Shown: piece by piece, positions 1 through 9,889 of the stretch
How positions within the stretch are numbered: the stretch's first letter is position 1
Layout: every line of letters begins with the position of its first letter
Assembly: GCA_963826885.1 (NCBI GenBank)
Contig: CAWGYL010000001.1
Location: 145,777-209,776 of the forward strand
Origin: Nitrospirota bacterium
GTDB taxonomy: Bacteria > Nitrospirota > UBA9217
Direction of reading: 5' to 3'
DNA: 64,000 nt
Made by a program: the position numbers and the translations under genes
The notes under the pieces: generated by a model
The model's database searches: none
What the model saw: only the letters and a program-made list of their open reading frames with translations
Told to the model about the DNA's origin: nothing

Positions 1-1403
1 AAGGACTGCTCGATGTCAGGGAGGAGTCCGTCACTTCTTTCGTATCTCTTACGGAAACAGGCAGGGACTATCTCGAGAAAGGCACGCCGGAGATGCGGAT
101 CATCGACGCTCTTCGTGAAGGGAAAAAGTTCACCGTCAAGGAAATTATCCAGTCATGGGGCATGGAGCCAACCGAGGTCAGTGCGGCTGTGGGGACGCTC
201 AAGGAAACTGGCGTCATTCGCATCGTCCAGGGCGGTATCCTTGAACTTTCAGCCGGAGCCGATGTCTCCGAATATGAATTCCTTGCTTCACTCATCAAAG
301 CATCGGCAGGATCCGATCTAACCGGCCTGTCGGCCTTCACCCCGGAACAACAGTCAGTGATCCAGACAAACTTCCACAAACGCGGGAAGTCCAAGGGGAT
401 CTTTCGCATTTTCGAAAAAAAGAACCGGTCTTACGCGTTGACGGCTGCGGGCCGGGAACTTCTTGTTCTGCTCCAGCAGCGGGGAGGAGCGCTTGATGAA
501 ATCTCCACCCTTACGCCGGAGATGCTGAAGCAGGGGACTTGGAAAAACAAAAAGTTCCGCGCTTACAATATCGCCCTCAGCCCGCCCCGCCGCAGCATTG
601 GCAAGAAACATCCTTATAAGGAATTCCTCGACTTCGTGAAGTACAAGTTTATCGGCATGGGATTTACAGAAATGCGCGGCCCTCTCGTGGAAAACGAATT
701 TTGGGACATGGACGCGCTGTTCATGCCTCAATTCCACCCGGCGCGGAATATACATGACGTGTATTTTATCAAAGACCCCGCAACGAGCAAACAGATTGAA
801 CAGCCTTTCGCCAAACAGGTCGCAGCGGCGCACAAGGACGGTGGAAAGACGGGGTCCACGGGTTGGCGCTACGCTTTCGACCTGGAACGGGCGAAACGAC
901 TGATTCTGCGGAGCCAGGGAACAGCGGTATCGGCGCGGACCTTGGCCTCAGGCCCCAAAATTCCCGGGAAATATTTTTCCATTGCCCGCTGTTTCCGCTA
1001 TGATTCTGTGGACGCCACCCATGCCCCCGATTTTTACCAAGTCGAGGGCATCGTGCTCGGAGAGGACATAAATTTCAAGCAGCTACTCGGCCTCCTGAAA
1101 CTGTTTGGGCAGGAAATCGCCAAAGCGGGCGAGTTTCAGTTTCGGCCAGCCTACTTTCCGTTCACGGAACCCTCCGTTGAACTGCATGTAAAGCATCCGG
1201 AACTGGGATGGATGGAACTGGGCGGGGCCGGCATTTTCCGGCCTGAAGTGACCATGCCGCTGGGCGTGAACGTCCCGGTCATCGCCTGGGGCTTGGGCCT
1301 CGACCGCATGGCCATGGTGGCGCTCGGTATTCAGGACATCCGCGACCTGTTCTCGCGGGATCTGGATTTCATCAGAACCAAGAAAATACCGCTGAATAAA
1401 TAA
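1..1403 (+). CDS. pheS: Phenylalanine--tRNA ligase alpha subunit, long archaeal/eukaryote type (5'-truncated by the window edge)
   Basis: Frame is open from base 3 (..LTETGRDYLEKGTPE..). Class II motifs present: FWDMDALFMPQFHPAR, RCFRYDSVDATH, QVEG, YFPFTEPS, WGLGLDR. More than 466 aa. Confidence 0.96.
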   Translation, partial: GLLDVREESVTSFVSLTETGRDYLEKGTPEMRIIDALREGKKFTVKEIIQSWGMEPTEVSAAVGTLKETGVIRIVQGGILELSAGADVSEYEFLASLIKASAGSDLTGLSAFTPEQQSVIQTNFHKRGKSKGIFRIFEKKNRSYALTAAGRELLVLLQQRGGALDEISTLTPEMLKQGTWKNKKFRAYNIALSPPRRSIGKKHPYKEFLDFVKYKFIGMGFTEMRGPLVENEFWDMDALFMPQFHPARNIHDVYFIKDPATSKQIEQPFAKQVAAAHKDGGKTGSTGWRYAFDLERAKRLILRSQGTAVSARTLASGPKIPGKYFSIARCFRYDSVDATHAPDFYQVEGIVLGEDINFKQLLGLLKLFGQEIAKAGEFQFRPAYFPFTEPSVELHVKHPELGWMELGGAGIFRPEVTMPLGVNVPVIAWGLGLDRMAMVALGIQDIRDLFSRDLDFIRTKKIPLNK

Positions 1404-1455
1404 CAATGCCCTCGGGCATACTATGAAAACAAGGCAATTTTATCATCCATGCCGT

Positions 1456-1489
1456 AAAAACTCGGCCTTTAGGGCGGGCAGGATGTCAA
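1456..1489 (+). mobile_element. Possible isolated IS200/IS605-family end (hairpin + TCAA)
   Basis: aaactcggcctttagggcgggcaggatgtcaa resembles the subterminal hairpin 'ccccgccctttagggcggggaggatgtcaa' of IS605/tnpB ends; no transposase nearby. Confidence 0.4.
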
Positions 1490-1555
1490 GACGCTTTACT
1501 CTGTGCTCCAAACTTTGAACGCTAAACTCTGGACTCTGAACGTTGTATTTCATAT

Positions 1556-3253
1556 ATGCCTACCATTGACATCAAAAAACATGACCTCGACTCACTCATC
1601 GGACAGAAGCTTGCCCTTAGCGCGCTTGAAAAGCACCTCATGCTCGCAAAAGCGGAACTGAAGGAATATAATTCCGCGACCGATGATCTCAAAGTAGAGC
1701 TGTCAGACAGCAACCGGCCGGACCTCTGGTCCGCCGAGGGAATCGCCCGTCAGATCAGGATTGCCCTTTCCGGCAAGCCCGAGGTCTATCCTTTCTTTAA
1801 TCACGGGAGGAAAGCGACACGGGAGATCCGGGTCGCCCGGGCAATGAAGGCCGTCCGCCCCTTTATCGCCGCCTGCACGGCAAGCGGCGTGCGCATGAGC
1901 GACGATGTGCTGGCGCAGATGATCCAAAGCCAGGACAAGCTTGCCGAAATATTTGGCAGAAAACGGACGACGATCTCGATCGGGATTTATGAGCTCGATC
2001 GCATCGTATTCCCCGTGGACTACCGGCTCGCGGATCCTTCTTCGATATCCTTTACGCCGCTCGGCATGGAAGAACGACTGACACTTGCTGAAATCCTCGA
2101 ACGCCATCCGAAAGGCATTGAATACGGCGGCATCGTCAAACCTTTTTCACAGTATCCTGTACTCATGGACAGCATGGAACGGGTGCTTTCCTTCCCGCCA
2201 ATCATCAACAGCAGGGAAATCGGTGAGGTGAAGCCCCAGACGAGGAATGTGCTCATCGAAGTAACGGGCACGGACCTCCGGATGACGATGCTTACGCTTA
2301 ATATTCTGGCGACAAGCGTCTATGACCGCGGTGCGGAAATCGAGCCGGTACTCGTTATCTATCCCTACGAAACGGCAGTCGGAAAGCGTGTGGCCTTTCC
2401 GGCGGACACCTCGGGAAAGTTCAAGGTCCCCCTGTCGAAGTTCTCCTCAGGGCTGGGTGAAGATGTTGTTTTGAATGATGTGAAAAAATATCTCGCGTCC
2501 TACGGTCATTCCGTATCGGCATCCCGCGGTATGATCACGGTTGTCGTGCCGCCGTACCGCGATGATATCATGCACCCCATGGACCTCGTCGAGGATTATG
2601 CCATCAGCAGGGGATACGATTCCTTCGAACCTGTAATGCCGAAGCAATCCACGGTTGGCTCGCTTACCGCGCTTGAGCTGCTTTCAGACTCGGCCCGCGG
2701 AACCATGGTTGGCGCGGGTTTCCAGGAGATCATGTCCAATATCCTTTGCTCACGCGAAGAGCTTGACTATGCCATGCCGGAGGGGGAAGTGCTCGTCGAG
2801 GTGGACAACGTGATGTCCCTGGCCTATTCTGTGCTCAGGAACCGCGTCATCCCGTCGCTGTTAACCGTGGAGACAGCCAGCTCCAATGCCTTTTATCCCC
2901 ACAGTACCTTCGAAATTGGAGAAGTTGCTGTTTTCGACAAAAACGAAAATAATGGGTCACGAACGGAGCTGAATCTGGGCGCCCTCATATCCCATCCCGA
3001 GGCCAACTTCTCGGAAATGCATTCCACCCTCGATATCCTTTTCTATTATCTCGGTTTGGACTACTCGCTAGTTCCGGTTGATCAACCAATGTTCACCCAA
3101 GGACGGTGCGGGGCGATCCTTTCGAACGGTGTAACTGTCGGCTACATTGGTGAGATACGTCCTAATGTGCTTGAACGCGTGCAGATTACCATGCCATGCG
3201 CGGCTTTCGAAATCACTCTGGACCGTGTACTTCGGCTGATAGACCGGAAATAA
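1556..3253 (+). CDS. pheT: Phenylalanine--tRNA ligase beta subunit, short archaeal/eukaryote type
   Basis: 565 aa; MPTI start, NRPDLWSAEGIAR, SFPPIINS, YRDDIMHPMDLVED; no room for the bacterial B2 (OB) or C-terminal B8 anticodon-binding domains. Confidence 0.95.
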   Translation: MPTIDIKKHDLDSLIGQKLALSALEKHLMLAKAELKEYNSATDDLKVELSDSNRPDLWSAEGIARQIRIALSGKPEVYPFFNHGRKATREIRVARAMKAVRPFIAACTASGVRMSDDVLAQMIQSQDKLAEIFGRKRTTISIGIYELDRIVFPVDYRLADPSSISFTPLGMEERLTLAEILERHPKGIEYGGIVKPFSQYPVLMDSMERVLSFPPIINSREIGEVKPQTRNVLIEVTGTDLRMTMLTLNILATSVYDRGAEIEPVLVIYPYETAVGKRVAFPADTSGKFKVPLSKFSSGLGEDVVLNDVKKYLASYGHSVSASRGMITVVVPPYRDDIMHPMDLVEDYAISRGYDSFEPVMPKQSTVGSLTALELLSDSARGTMVGAGFQEIMSNILCSREELDYAMPEGEVLVEVDNVMSLAYSVLRNRVIPSLLTVETASSNAFYPHSTFEIGEVAVFDKNENNGSRTELNLGALISHPEANFSEMHSTLDILFYYLGLDYSLVPVDQPMFTQGRCGAILSNGVTVGYIGEIRPNVLERVQITMPCAAFEITLDRVLRLIDRK

Positions 3254-3498
3254 GTTCTCAGGAAATTCATGCAAGGTATGCTGTGCAAAACTCCCTGCCT
3301 CGCACCAAACGGGGCATTTTAATTTGAGGATATTTAAGGGATTTTCCGGCGGGTACTGAGAGGTGGCGGGTATTATCAGAAAAAGAATTTATCTATTGCG
3401 GGTAATGATTTCACCATGATATAATAGCGCACTCGCTGGCGGGGAAAGCATCTTCTGCCAATTGAGTAGAATCCATCGTTCGCCTCAGGGGAGATGAC

Positions 3499-3527
3499 TT
3501 GACACTAAAAAAACGATAGTGTAATAT
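3499..3527 (+). promoter_or_regulatory. Sigma70-type promoter for the lipid cluster, overlapped by an inverted repeat
   Basis: TTGACA(3499)-17 nt-TAATAT(3522); ACACTA(3502-3507)...TAGTGT(3517-3522) dyad. Confidence 0.55.
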
Positions 3528-3777
3528 TCGTCATTTTTAAAAAACCTTAAATGTTATATGGTTCCAATGTCTTCTCATTGCAAGGCTAACCTCCTGATAA
3601 GAGGAAGTTCAGGCAGTCGGTCGTAGTGCGAGGCAGGGTTTTAAAGCAATGATTCTGTGTAATTACCGCTTGAACCCATCACTGAGCGTCTGAACACGTT
3701 CGTTGTGCTTTGACGTCACGGGATTGTGCAGATTGAAATTCACGGGAAATCGCTTATATCCTTGGGCAGAATTACAA

Positions 3778-4512
3778 GTGGAAAAACAGGAAAACAAGTT
3801 AGCTTTAATTATTGGGGGAAGCCGCGGCATCGGCCGGAGCATAGCACTCCGTCTCGCCAGCTCGGGCTTCTCGCTCTGGGTTACCTATAAAGGGAACCAC
3901 GATGCGGCGCGGAGCGTAAAGGCTGAAGTAGAGCAACTTGGCTGCTCCTGTGAGTTGATTCCTTTTGATGTTTCCAGCTATGAAGAAACCGAGGCCGCCC
4001 TGGCTGCCCGCGTTGAGAATGTAGCGCCTGATGTCCTTGTGTACAATTCCGGCATCTCCCGCGACAATCTTCTTATGTGGATGACAAAGGATGAATGGTA
4101 TTCCGTTCTTGCCACGAATTTGAACGGGTTCTTCAATGTGACGCGCATGGTGATTTTCTCGATGTTGAAAGCGAAACGGGGACGCATCGTCGTTGTGTCT
4201 TCCGCGTCGGGACAGCTCGGCCAGGCAGGACAGGTTAACTATTCTGCATCGAAAGCGGGTCTGATTGGCGCAGCCAAGGCCCTGGCGCGGGAAGTGGGGA
4301 AAAAGAACATCCTCGTGAACGTCGTCGCTCCCGGGTTCATCGAGACCGAGATGACCGGCGATATCCCGAAGGACAAGGTCCTTCCGCTCATTCCGCTCAA
4401 TCGCGTGGGGACGGCGGAGGACGTGGCGTCTGTCGTAAATTTTCTCTGCACCGAGGAGCACCTGTATGTTCACGGCCAGGTGATCGGCATCAACGGCGGG
4501 CTGGCGATGTAG
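3778..4512 (+). CDS. fabG: 3-oxoacyl-ACP reductase (SDR)
   Basis: GGSRGIG, NYSASKAG (YxxxK), VNVVAPGFIET; GTG at 3778 is a more plausible start than 3703. Confidence 0.93.
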   Translation: MEKQENKLALIIGGSRGIGRSIALRLASSGFSLWVTYKGNHDAARSVKAEVEQLGCSCELIPFDVSSYEETEAALAARVENVAPDVLVYNSGISRDNLLMWMTKDEWYSVLATNLNGFFNVTRMVIFSMLKAKRGRIVVVSSASGQLGQAGQVNYSASKAGLIGAAKALAREVGKKNILVNVVAPGFIETEMTGDIPKDKVLPLIPLNRVGTAEDVASVVNFLCTEEHLYVHGQVIGINGGLAM

Positions 4513-4564
4513 TCTCCATATTTTTTTGACAATAAACATCATTTTCCGGAGCATCTGACAAACA

Positions 4565-6061
4565 ATGAAAAAATACGACCATATCGTCGTGGGGAGCGGT
4601 ATCAGCGGTTTGACGATGACACTCCTGCTTTCCATGAACGGGCGTAAGGTGCTCCTGCTCGAAAAAGCCGGGCACATCGGCGGCTCCTTGGCGCGCTTCT
4701 CGAAGAAGGGCGTTTTTTTCGATACGGGTTTTCATTTCACCGGCGGGCTTCATGAGGGCGGCATCCTGTCCGATTGTCTGTCGTTCCTTGGCATCCGCGA
4801 TTATATAGAACCGATCTTTCTTTCCGAAGCGTGCAGGAATCTGTTTGTATTGGAAGCGGCGGGAAAGCGGTTTGAACTCCCCAGCGGCGTCGAGAACATA
4901 AAGAAATACCTCAAAGCCTACTTCCCCGGGGAAGTAGGCGCGATCGACCGCTATTTTGAAATGACCCGATCGGTTTGCAGCCGGACTCCCTCGCTCAATC
5001 TTCTTGAAAACGAAATATCATCGACCAACCTGGATGAAGATTTCGTCTCTCTTGACACGGTTCTCAGGGACCTGACCGGGAATGAATTGCTGCGGGGGCT
5101 GCTGTCCGGATATGCCATGTGCTACGGCGTGCGTCCGAAGGATGTTTCCTTTGCCAATCACAGCAGGATGGTCCTGAACTTTTATGAATCCATTGCCTGC
5201 GTAAAAAACGGCGGCGATGCCTTCATCAATGCCTTCCGGGAAAAATTCAAGGACTTTGATGTGGAGATCCGCTGCGAGACCTATATTACCGAGCTTGCGG
5301 ATATTCAGAATAGCAATGTCAGCCGATTCGTATTGAGCACCGGAGAAGAGGTTGCGGCCGATTCTTGTATTTTTACGATCCACCCCAAAGAGATACTGAA
5401 GATGTTGCCGAAGAAGCATTTCAGCAGGGCATTTGCGGCCCGCGTTTCATCATTCGAATCATCGGTCGGCTTTATTTCATTGTTCGCAGTGCTCAAACCC
5501 GAGACCAAAGACCCCAATCCCGAAGCGTCGCTGATATCGCTGTTTCCCGATAACGATATGAACAACATGCTGGACCCGGCCTACCAGGGGATGCCGGCCG
5601 TGGTCATCATCAAGTCCCCCGAGAGCGCAGAGGAAAATCTGAAGAAGGGGATCTGCATTCTTGAACCGTCGTATTTCGGGCATGTCGCGGAATGGAGCGA
5701 TTCCCGCAGGGGGCAGAGACCGCAGGCTTATCTGGAATATAAGACGAAGCGCGTCGAAACGATCAAGGAACATATTTTCAGCAATATTCCCGCCTACCGG
5801 GATTGTCTGGAAATTCTCGATGCGGGGTCCATGCTTACCTTCAAGGAATACCTGAACAGCCCTGAGGGAAGCGCTTACGGCGTGCAGCAGAAGATGGGAC
5901 AGTTCAACCTCATCGGGAAGTTGCCGCTTCACAATCTTTACGCTGCCGGTCAAAGTTCATTGCTGCCTGGGATTATCGGCGCGATGATGTCATCGCTGAT
6001 CGTCGGCCGGACCATCATGGGTAAAGAACTGTATGGAATGATGCTGAGCAAGGCGCTATGA
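4565..6061 (+). CDS. FAD-dependent oxidoreductase, phytoene desaturase/retinol saturase family
   Basis: VVGSGISG Rossmann motif, FDTGFHFTGG, GSAYG, NLYAAGQS..PGIIGAMMS. Confidence 0.85.
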   Translation: MKKYDHIVVGSGISGLTMTLLLSMNGRKVLLLEKAGHIGGSLARFSKKGVFFDTGFHFTGGLHEGGILSDCLSFLGIRDYIEPIFLSEACRNLFVLEAAGKRFELPSGVENIKKYLKAYFPGEVGAIDRYFEMTRSVCSRTPSLNLLENEISSTNLDEDFVSLDTVLRDLTGNELLRGLLSGYAMCYGVRPKDVSFANHSRMVLNFYESIACVKNGGDAFINAFREKFKDFDVEIRCETYITELADIQNSNVSRFVLSTGEEVAADSCIFTIHPKEILKMLPKKHFSRAFAARVSSFESSVGFISLFAVLKPETKDPNPEASLISLFPDNDMNNMLDPAYQGMPAVVIIKSPESAEENLKKGICILEPSYFGHVAEWSDSRRGQRPQAYLEYKTKRVETIKEHIFSNIPAYRDCLEILDAGSMLTFKEYLNSPEGSAYGVQQKMGQFNLIGKLPLHNLYAAGQSSLLPGIIGAMMSSLIVGRTIMGKELYGMMLSKAL

Positions 6062-7293
6062 CGAATCGGTTGTTGAAGAGGGTAGTAATAACCGGAATCG
6101 GAGCCGTAACCCCCTTCGGCAACGGAATAGCCGCGCTCATGAAGGGACTCGAAGAAGGAAGAAGCGCCGTGCGGCGCATGGAGGGCTGGGAGGAGTATAC
6201 CGGTCTCCGCAGTCTCGTCGGGGCGCCCGTGGAAATGCGGGACGAGAAGCGCATTCCCCGGCAGAAGCGACGGTCCATGGGTCGCATGAGCATTTTTGCG
6301 GCACAGTCCGCAGAAGAGGCGATTGCCGATGCTGGCATTACGCTGGAGCAGGAAGATCGGTGGCGCATGGGGTGCGTTATTGGATCGACCATGGGCAGCG
6401 CTAAGAGTATCAATGATGCTTTCGAGATCATGCTTCCCAATAAAGATTTGAGCCATTTGAACTCGACCATGTTCTTCCAGTGTATGTCCCACACCGCGGC
6501 AGCGAATGTGGCTCAGTACCTGGGCATCAACGGGTCCATCATGGCCCCTGCCGCGGCCTGCGCATCGGCTCTCCACGCCATCGGCGTCGGATACGATCTG
6601 ATCAGGCTGGGCAGGCAGGATGTTCTGCTCTGCGGAGGCGCGGAGGAGCTTCATCCCACGGTGACGGGGTCATTCGACATTCTCTATGCAACTTCGGCGG
6701 GTTATAATGACAGACCTCAGCAAACGCCGAGACCTTTTGACAAGGACCGAGATGGCCTGGTCTGCGGCGAAGGAAGCGGCATTCTGGTGCTGGAAGAATA
6801 CGAACGCGCAGTCAAGCGAAAAGTGAGGATTTACGCCGAGATTGCGGGTTTCAGCACTACGGCAAACGGCCTCCATGTGAGCCAGTCGAACAGGGAATCA
6901 ATGGTGATTTGCATGCACGAGGCACTCCGTGATGCTGGCCTGATGCAGAACGATATTGATTATATCAATGCCCATGCCACGGCCACGGTCCAGGGCGATC
7001 AGGAAGAGGCTGAGGCCATCGGTAAACTATTCGGGAACTCCGCCCCGGTCAGCAGCCTGAAAGGATATATTGGACACACGCTGGGGGCTTCCGGCGCCAT
7101 CGAACTGGAGGCGTCTCTCAAAATGATGGAACAGGGCGTGATCTACCCGACGCGCAATCTCGAAGCCGTAAGCCCGGATTGCGCGGGCATCAATCACGTG
7201 TTCATGCCGGTAAAAAAAGAAATCAGGAACCTGCTGAAAAACGGTTTCGCCTTCGGCGGGATTAATGCGGCGCTGGTGTGCAGGAAAGTTTGA
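6058..7293 (+). CDS. Beta-ketoacyl-ACP synthase (KS1, FabF/FabB-like)
   Basis: Cys-His-His triad: AAACAS, INAHATAT, KGYIGHTLG; C-terminal FAFGGIN. Confidence 0.95.
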   Translation: MTNRLLKRVVITGIGAVTPFGNGIAALMKGLEEGRSAVRRMEGWEEYTGLRSLVGAPVEMRDEKRIPRQKRRSMGRMSIFAAQSAEEAIADAGITLEQEDRWRMGCVIGSTMGSAKSINDAFEIMLPNKDLSHLNSTMFFQCMSHTAAANVAQYLGINGSIMAPAAACASALHAIGVGYDLIRLGRQDVLLCGGAEELHPTVTGSFDILYATSAGYNDRPQQTPRPFDKDRDGLVCGEGSGILVLEEYERAVKRKVRIYAEIAGFSTTANGLHVSQSNRESMVICMHEALRDAGLMQNDIDYINAHATATVQGDQEEAEAIGKLFGNSAPVSSLKGYIGHTLGASGAIELEASLKMMEQGVIYPTRNLEAVSPDCAGINHVFMPVKKEIRNLLKNGFAFGGINAALVCRKV

Positions 7294-7474
7294 TTTGAAG
7301 GCAAAAGAACAAGAATCAAAATCGGCGCGGTCGCAGTAATCTGTTTTTCCAACAAGCTCGGTATCGGAAAGTCACTTAATCACCTGAAACAGAGTGATTC
7401 CAGTAAACCGGAATGGCGTTAAAAGCGAACGAATAGACTTTTTTAAAAGCCCATCAAATTTTCCGGAGGAATGA

Positions 7475-7741
7475 ATGACCGATCAGGAAATCATCGAGAA
7501 AACGAACAAGGTATTCGAGGAGTCCTTTGAGATCGAGAAGGAACGGCTTGTGCCGCAGGCGCAAATCTTTACCGATCTCGGCCTCGACAGCCTCGACATC
7601 GTGGATCTGATCGTCGCGCTCCAGAACAGCTTCGGCGTCAAGATCAGGAATGAGGAAAAAGTCAGAGAGATCAGGACACTTCAGGACATTTATAAATTCA
7701 TTGTATCCCTCAAGGGCGAGGAAAGCAAAAAGAGCTCGTGA
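7475..7741 (+). CDS. Acyl carrier protein (ACP1)
   Basis: 88 aa, acidic, DLGLDSLD phosphopantetheine site; GGAGG RBS. Confidence 0.95.
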   Translation: MTDQEIIEKTNKVFEESFEIEKERLVPQAQIFTDLGLDSLDIVDLIVALQNSFGVKIRNEEKVREIRTLQDIYKFIVSLKGEESKKSS

Positions 7742-8517
7742 CAATGCCGGCTCGACAGAAAATTTATCTTCTTAACCTGTATTTTTATACGCTCTTCCTG
7801 CTGGCATCAGCAATCGGGATACCGGTGCTGACGCTCGGCGTGGCTTTTACGCGGCCGTTTTCTTCACACCGAAGGACCATGAAGCGATTCCGCCGGGCCA
7901 TAAGCTGGTATGGGAAACTGATTACGGCACTGCCCTGGCCGTTCATCAAGCTCCGGTACGAGGACCATGCGAAGAATAACCCGGGTGAGCCCTATATTTT
8001 CGTATGCAACCACCGATCGGCTTCTGACGCATTCCTGATGTGTGTGCTGCCCCATGAATGCGTGCAGATCGTGAACGTATGGCCTTTCCGGATTCCCGTG
8101 ATTGGAATGTATGCCAAACTCTCGGGATACCTGAATATCAGGATGATGTCCTATGAGGAGTTTATCGAGATAGCTGGCAAGTTATTGAATCAGGGGGTCT
8201 CCATCATCTTTTTTCCCGAAGGGACCAGGTCAGCAAACAGGCAAATGGGGAGCTTTCACGGTGCCGCTTTCAGGCTTGCGTTCAATACCAAGGCGGCCGT
8301 AGTCCCGCTTTGCATATCGGGGAATGAAAATATTCCACCCAAGGGGTCAATGATGTTACGGCCCGGGACTATCAGGGTGAGAAGACTCTCTGCCATCACC
8401 TGGGATGAATACAAGGACCTGAACGCCTATGCGTTCAAGAACCGGGTGCGGAACATTATCGACCAGGAACTGGTAAAAATGGAAGGTAGAGGCGGGGAAG
8501 CAGTTGATGGTAGATAG
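7738..8517 (+). CDS. Lysophospholipid acyltransferase (PlsC family)
   Basis: NHRSASD (NHxxxxD), FFPEGTRS, N-terminal TM segment. Confidence 0.9.
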   Translation: MTMPARQKIYLLNLYFYTLFLLASAIGIPVLTLGVAFTRPFSSHRRTMKRFRRAISWYGKLITALPWPFIKLRYEDHAKNNPGEPYIFVCNHRSASDAFLMCVLPHECVQIVNVWPFRIPVIGMYAKLSGYLNIRMMSYEEFIEIAGKLLNQGVSIIFFPEGTRSANRQMGSFHGAAFRLAFNTKAAVVPLCISGNENIPPKGSMMLRPGTIRVRRLSAITWDEYKDLNAYAFKNRVRNIIDQELVKMEGRGGEAVDGR

Positions 8518-8566
8518 GAAACGGTAGACTGCAGAAAGTAGGTAAGAGTCAGGGGAGTCTTGCACG

Positions 8567-9889
8567 ATGGCACTAATGATCAATATGATTGAATTCGACC
8601 GAAATAGAAAGCTTGAATTCTTAAGTCCCGGCGAGATACGGAAAGTGCAGGAAGGCTTGCTGCACAGGCACATGCATCATCTAGCGTCATCTTCGCCTTT
8701 TTATCGGAACCTGTTCCGAATAAAAGGCGTGGATATCAGCGGCGTGACCCTCGACAACCTACATAAGCTGCCGCTAACCGATAAGAGCATGCTGAGCGAG
8801 CATAACGACGATTTTCTCGCCGTTCCGCGAGCGCAAGTTGTGGACATCGTCCTTTCTTCGGGGACCACAGGAAGACCGACGGTCATGATGTATACGGAAA
8901 ACGATCTCCGCCGTCTGGCCTACAATGAGGAAATCTCGTTTACCGGCTGCGGTTTGACGCGAGAGGATGTTGTACTGCTGACCTGCACCCTGGACCGTTG
9001 TTTCATAGCAGGACTGGCATATTTCTCAGGCGTCCGAAGCCTTGGCGCGGCGGCGATCAGAAACGGGCTTTCTAGCTTTGAAAGCCATCTGGAAATCATC
9101 AAGAGAATGAAGCCGACAGCGCTGGTTGGCGTACCCACGTTCCTCATCAAGCTGGGCCAATTCATCCAGACGCAGGACATCGACCCTGCCTCGGTCGGAG
9201 TGGGAAAACTGATCTGCATCGGAGAGCCCATCCGCGACCGGGACCTTGAGTTCCTGCGAGTGGGAGCGGACCTCAAGGCCCTCTGGGGCGCCAGTATCTA
9301 TTCAACCTACGCATCTTCGGAGACTATTACGAGCTTTTGCGAGTGCACTACCCAGAAAGGCGGGCACCTGCACCCCGATTTGGCGATCGTGGAAATCGTG
9401 AACGAAGCGGGTGGGATCCTTCCGGCTGGGGAGATTGGAGAGGTGGTCATGACGCCCTTGTCCATAGAAGCTATGCCGCTGCTTCGATTCAGGACGGGGG
9501 ACATAAGCTTTCTTATGCATGAACATTGCTCCTGCGGAAGAAACTCGTCCCGCTTAGGCCCGATTCTTGGAAGAAAAAAACAGATGATCAAGTTCCGGGG
9601 AACAACGCTGTACCCGAACTCGATTTATACGGTGCTGGATTCGTTCCCGGAAGTCAGTGAATACTATGTCAGCGCATCGAGCGACTATGACTTGTCCGAC
9701 GTTGTGAAGGTCCATGTTGCGCTCAAGGACGCATCCTGTACAGCGGAGATGATCATGGACAAGCTTCAGGCTTATCTGCGGGTGCGGCCAGAGGTGGTCA
9801 TCGCAGACGAGGAAACCGTTAAAAAGCAAGTCTACTCCGGGAATCCGCGGAAATTAATCCGATTCGTCGATACGAGAAAGAGCCTATGA
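8567..9889 (+). CDS. Phenylacetate-CoA ligase (PaaK) family adenylating enzyme
   Basis: SSGTTGRP, TYASSE, LRFRTGD, GRKKQMIK. Confidence 0.88.
   Translation: MALMINMIEFDRNRKLEFLSPGEIRKVQEGLLHRHMHHLASSSPFYRNLFRIKGVDISGVTLDNLHKLPLTDKSMLSEHNDDFLAVPRAQVVDIVLSSGTTGRPTVMMYTENDLRRLAYNEEISFTGCGLTREDVVLLTCTLDRCFIAGLAYFSGVRSLGAAAIRNGLSSFESHLEIIKRMKPTALVGVPTFLIKLGQFIQTQDIDPASVGVGKLICIGEPIRDRDLEFLRVGADLKALWGASIYSTYASSETITSFCECTTQKGGHLHPDLAIVEIVNEAGGILPAGEIGEVVMTPLSIEAMPLLRFRTGDISFLMHEHCSCGRNSSRLGPILGRKKQMIKFRGTTLYPNSIYTVLDSFPEVSEYYVSASSDYDLSDVVKVHVALKDASCTAEMIMDKLQAYLRVRPEVVIADEETVKKQVYSGNPRKLIRFVDTRKSL

Noticed and set aside
1-3253. PheRS as a self-resistance or aminoacyl-donor gene of the adjacent cluster
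   Set aside because: It is separated by ~520 nt with its own downstream promoter; only adjacency supports a link.
3578-3640. c-di-GMP-I (GEMM) riboswitch in the cluster leader
   Set aside because: GGCTAACC..GATAA is only superficially similar; the GAAA loop/receptor and GCAAAGC elements are absent.
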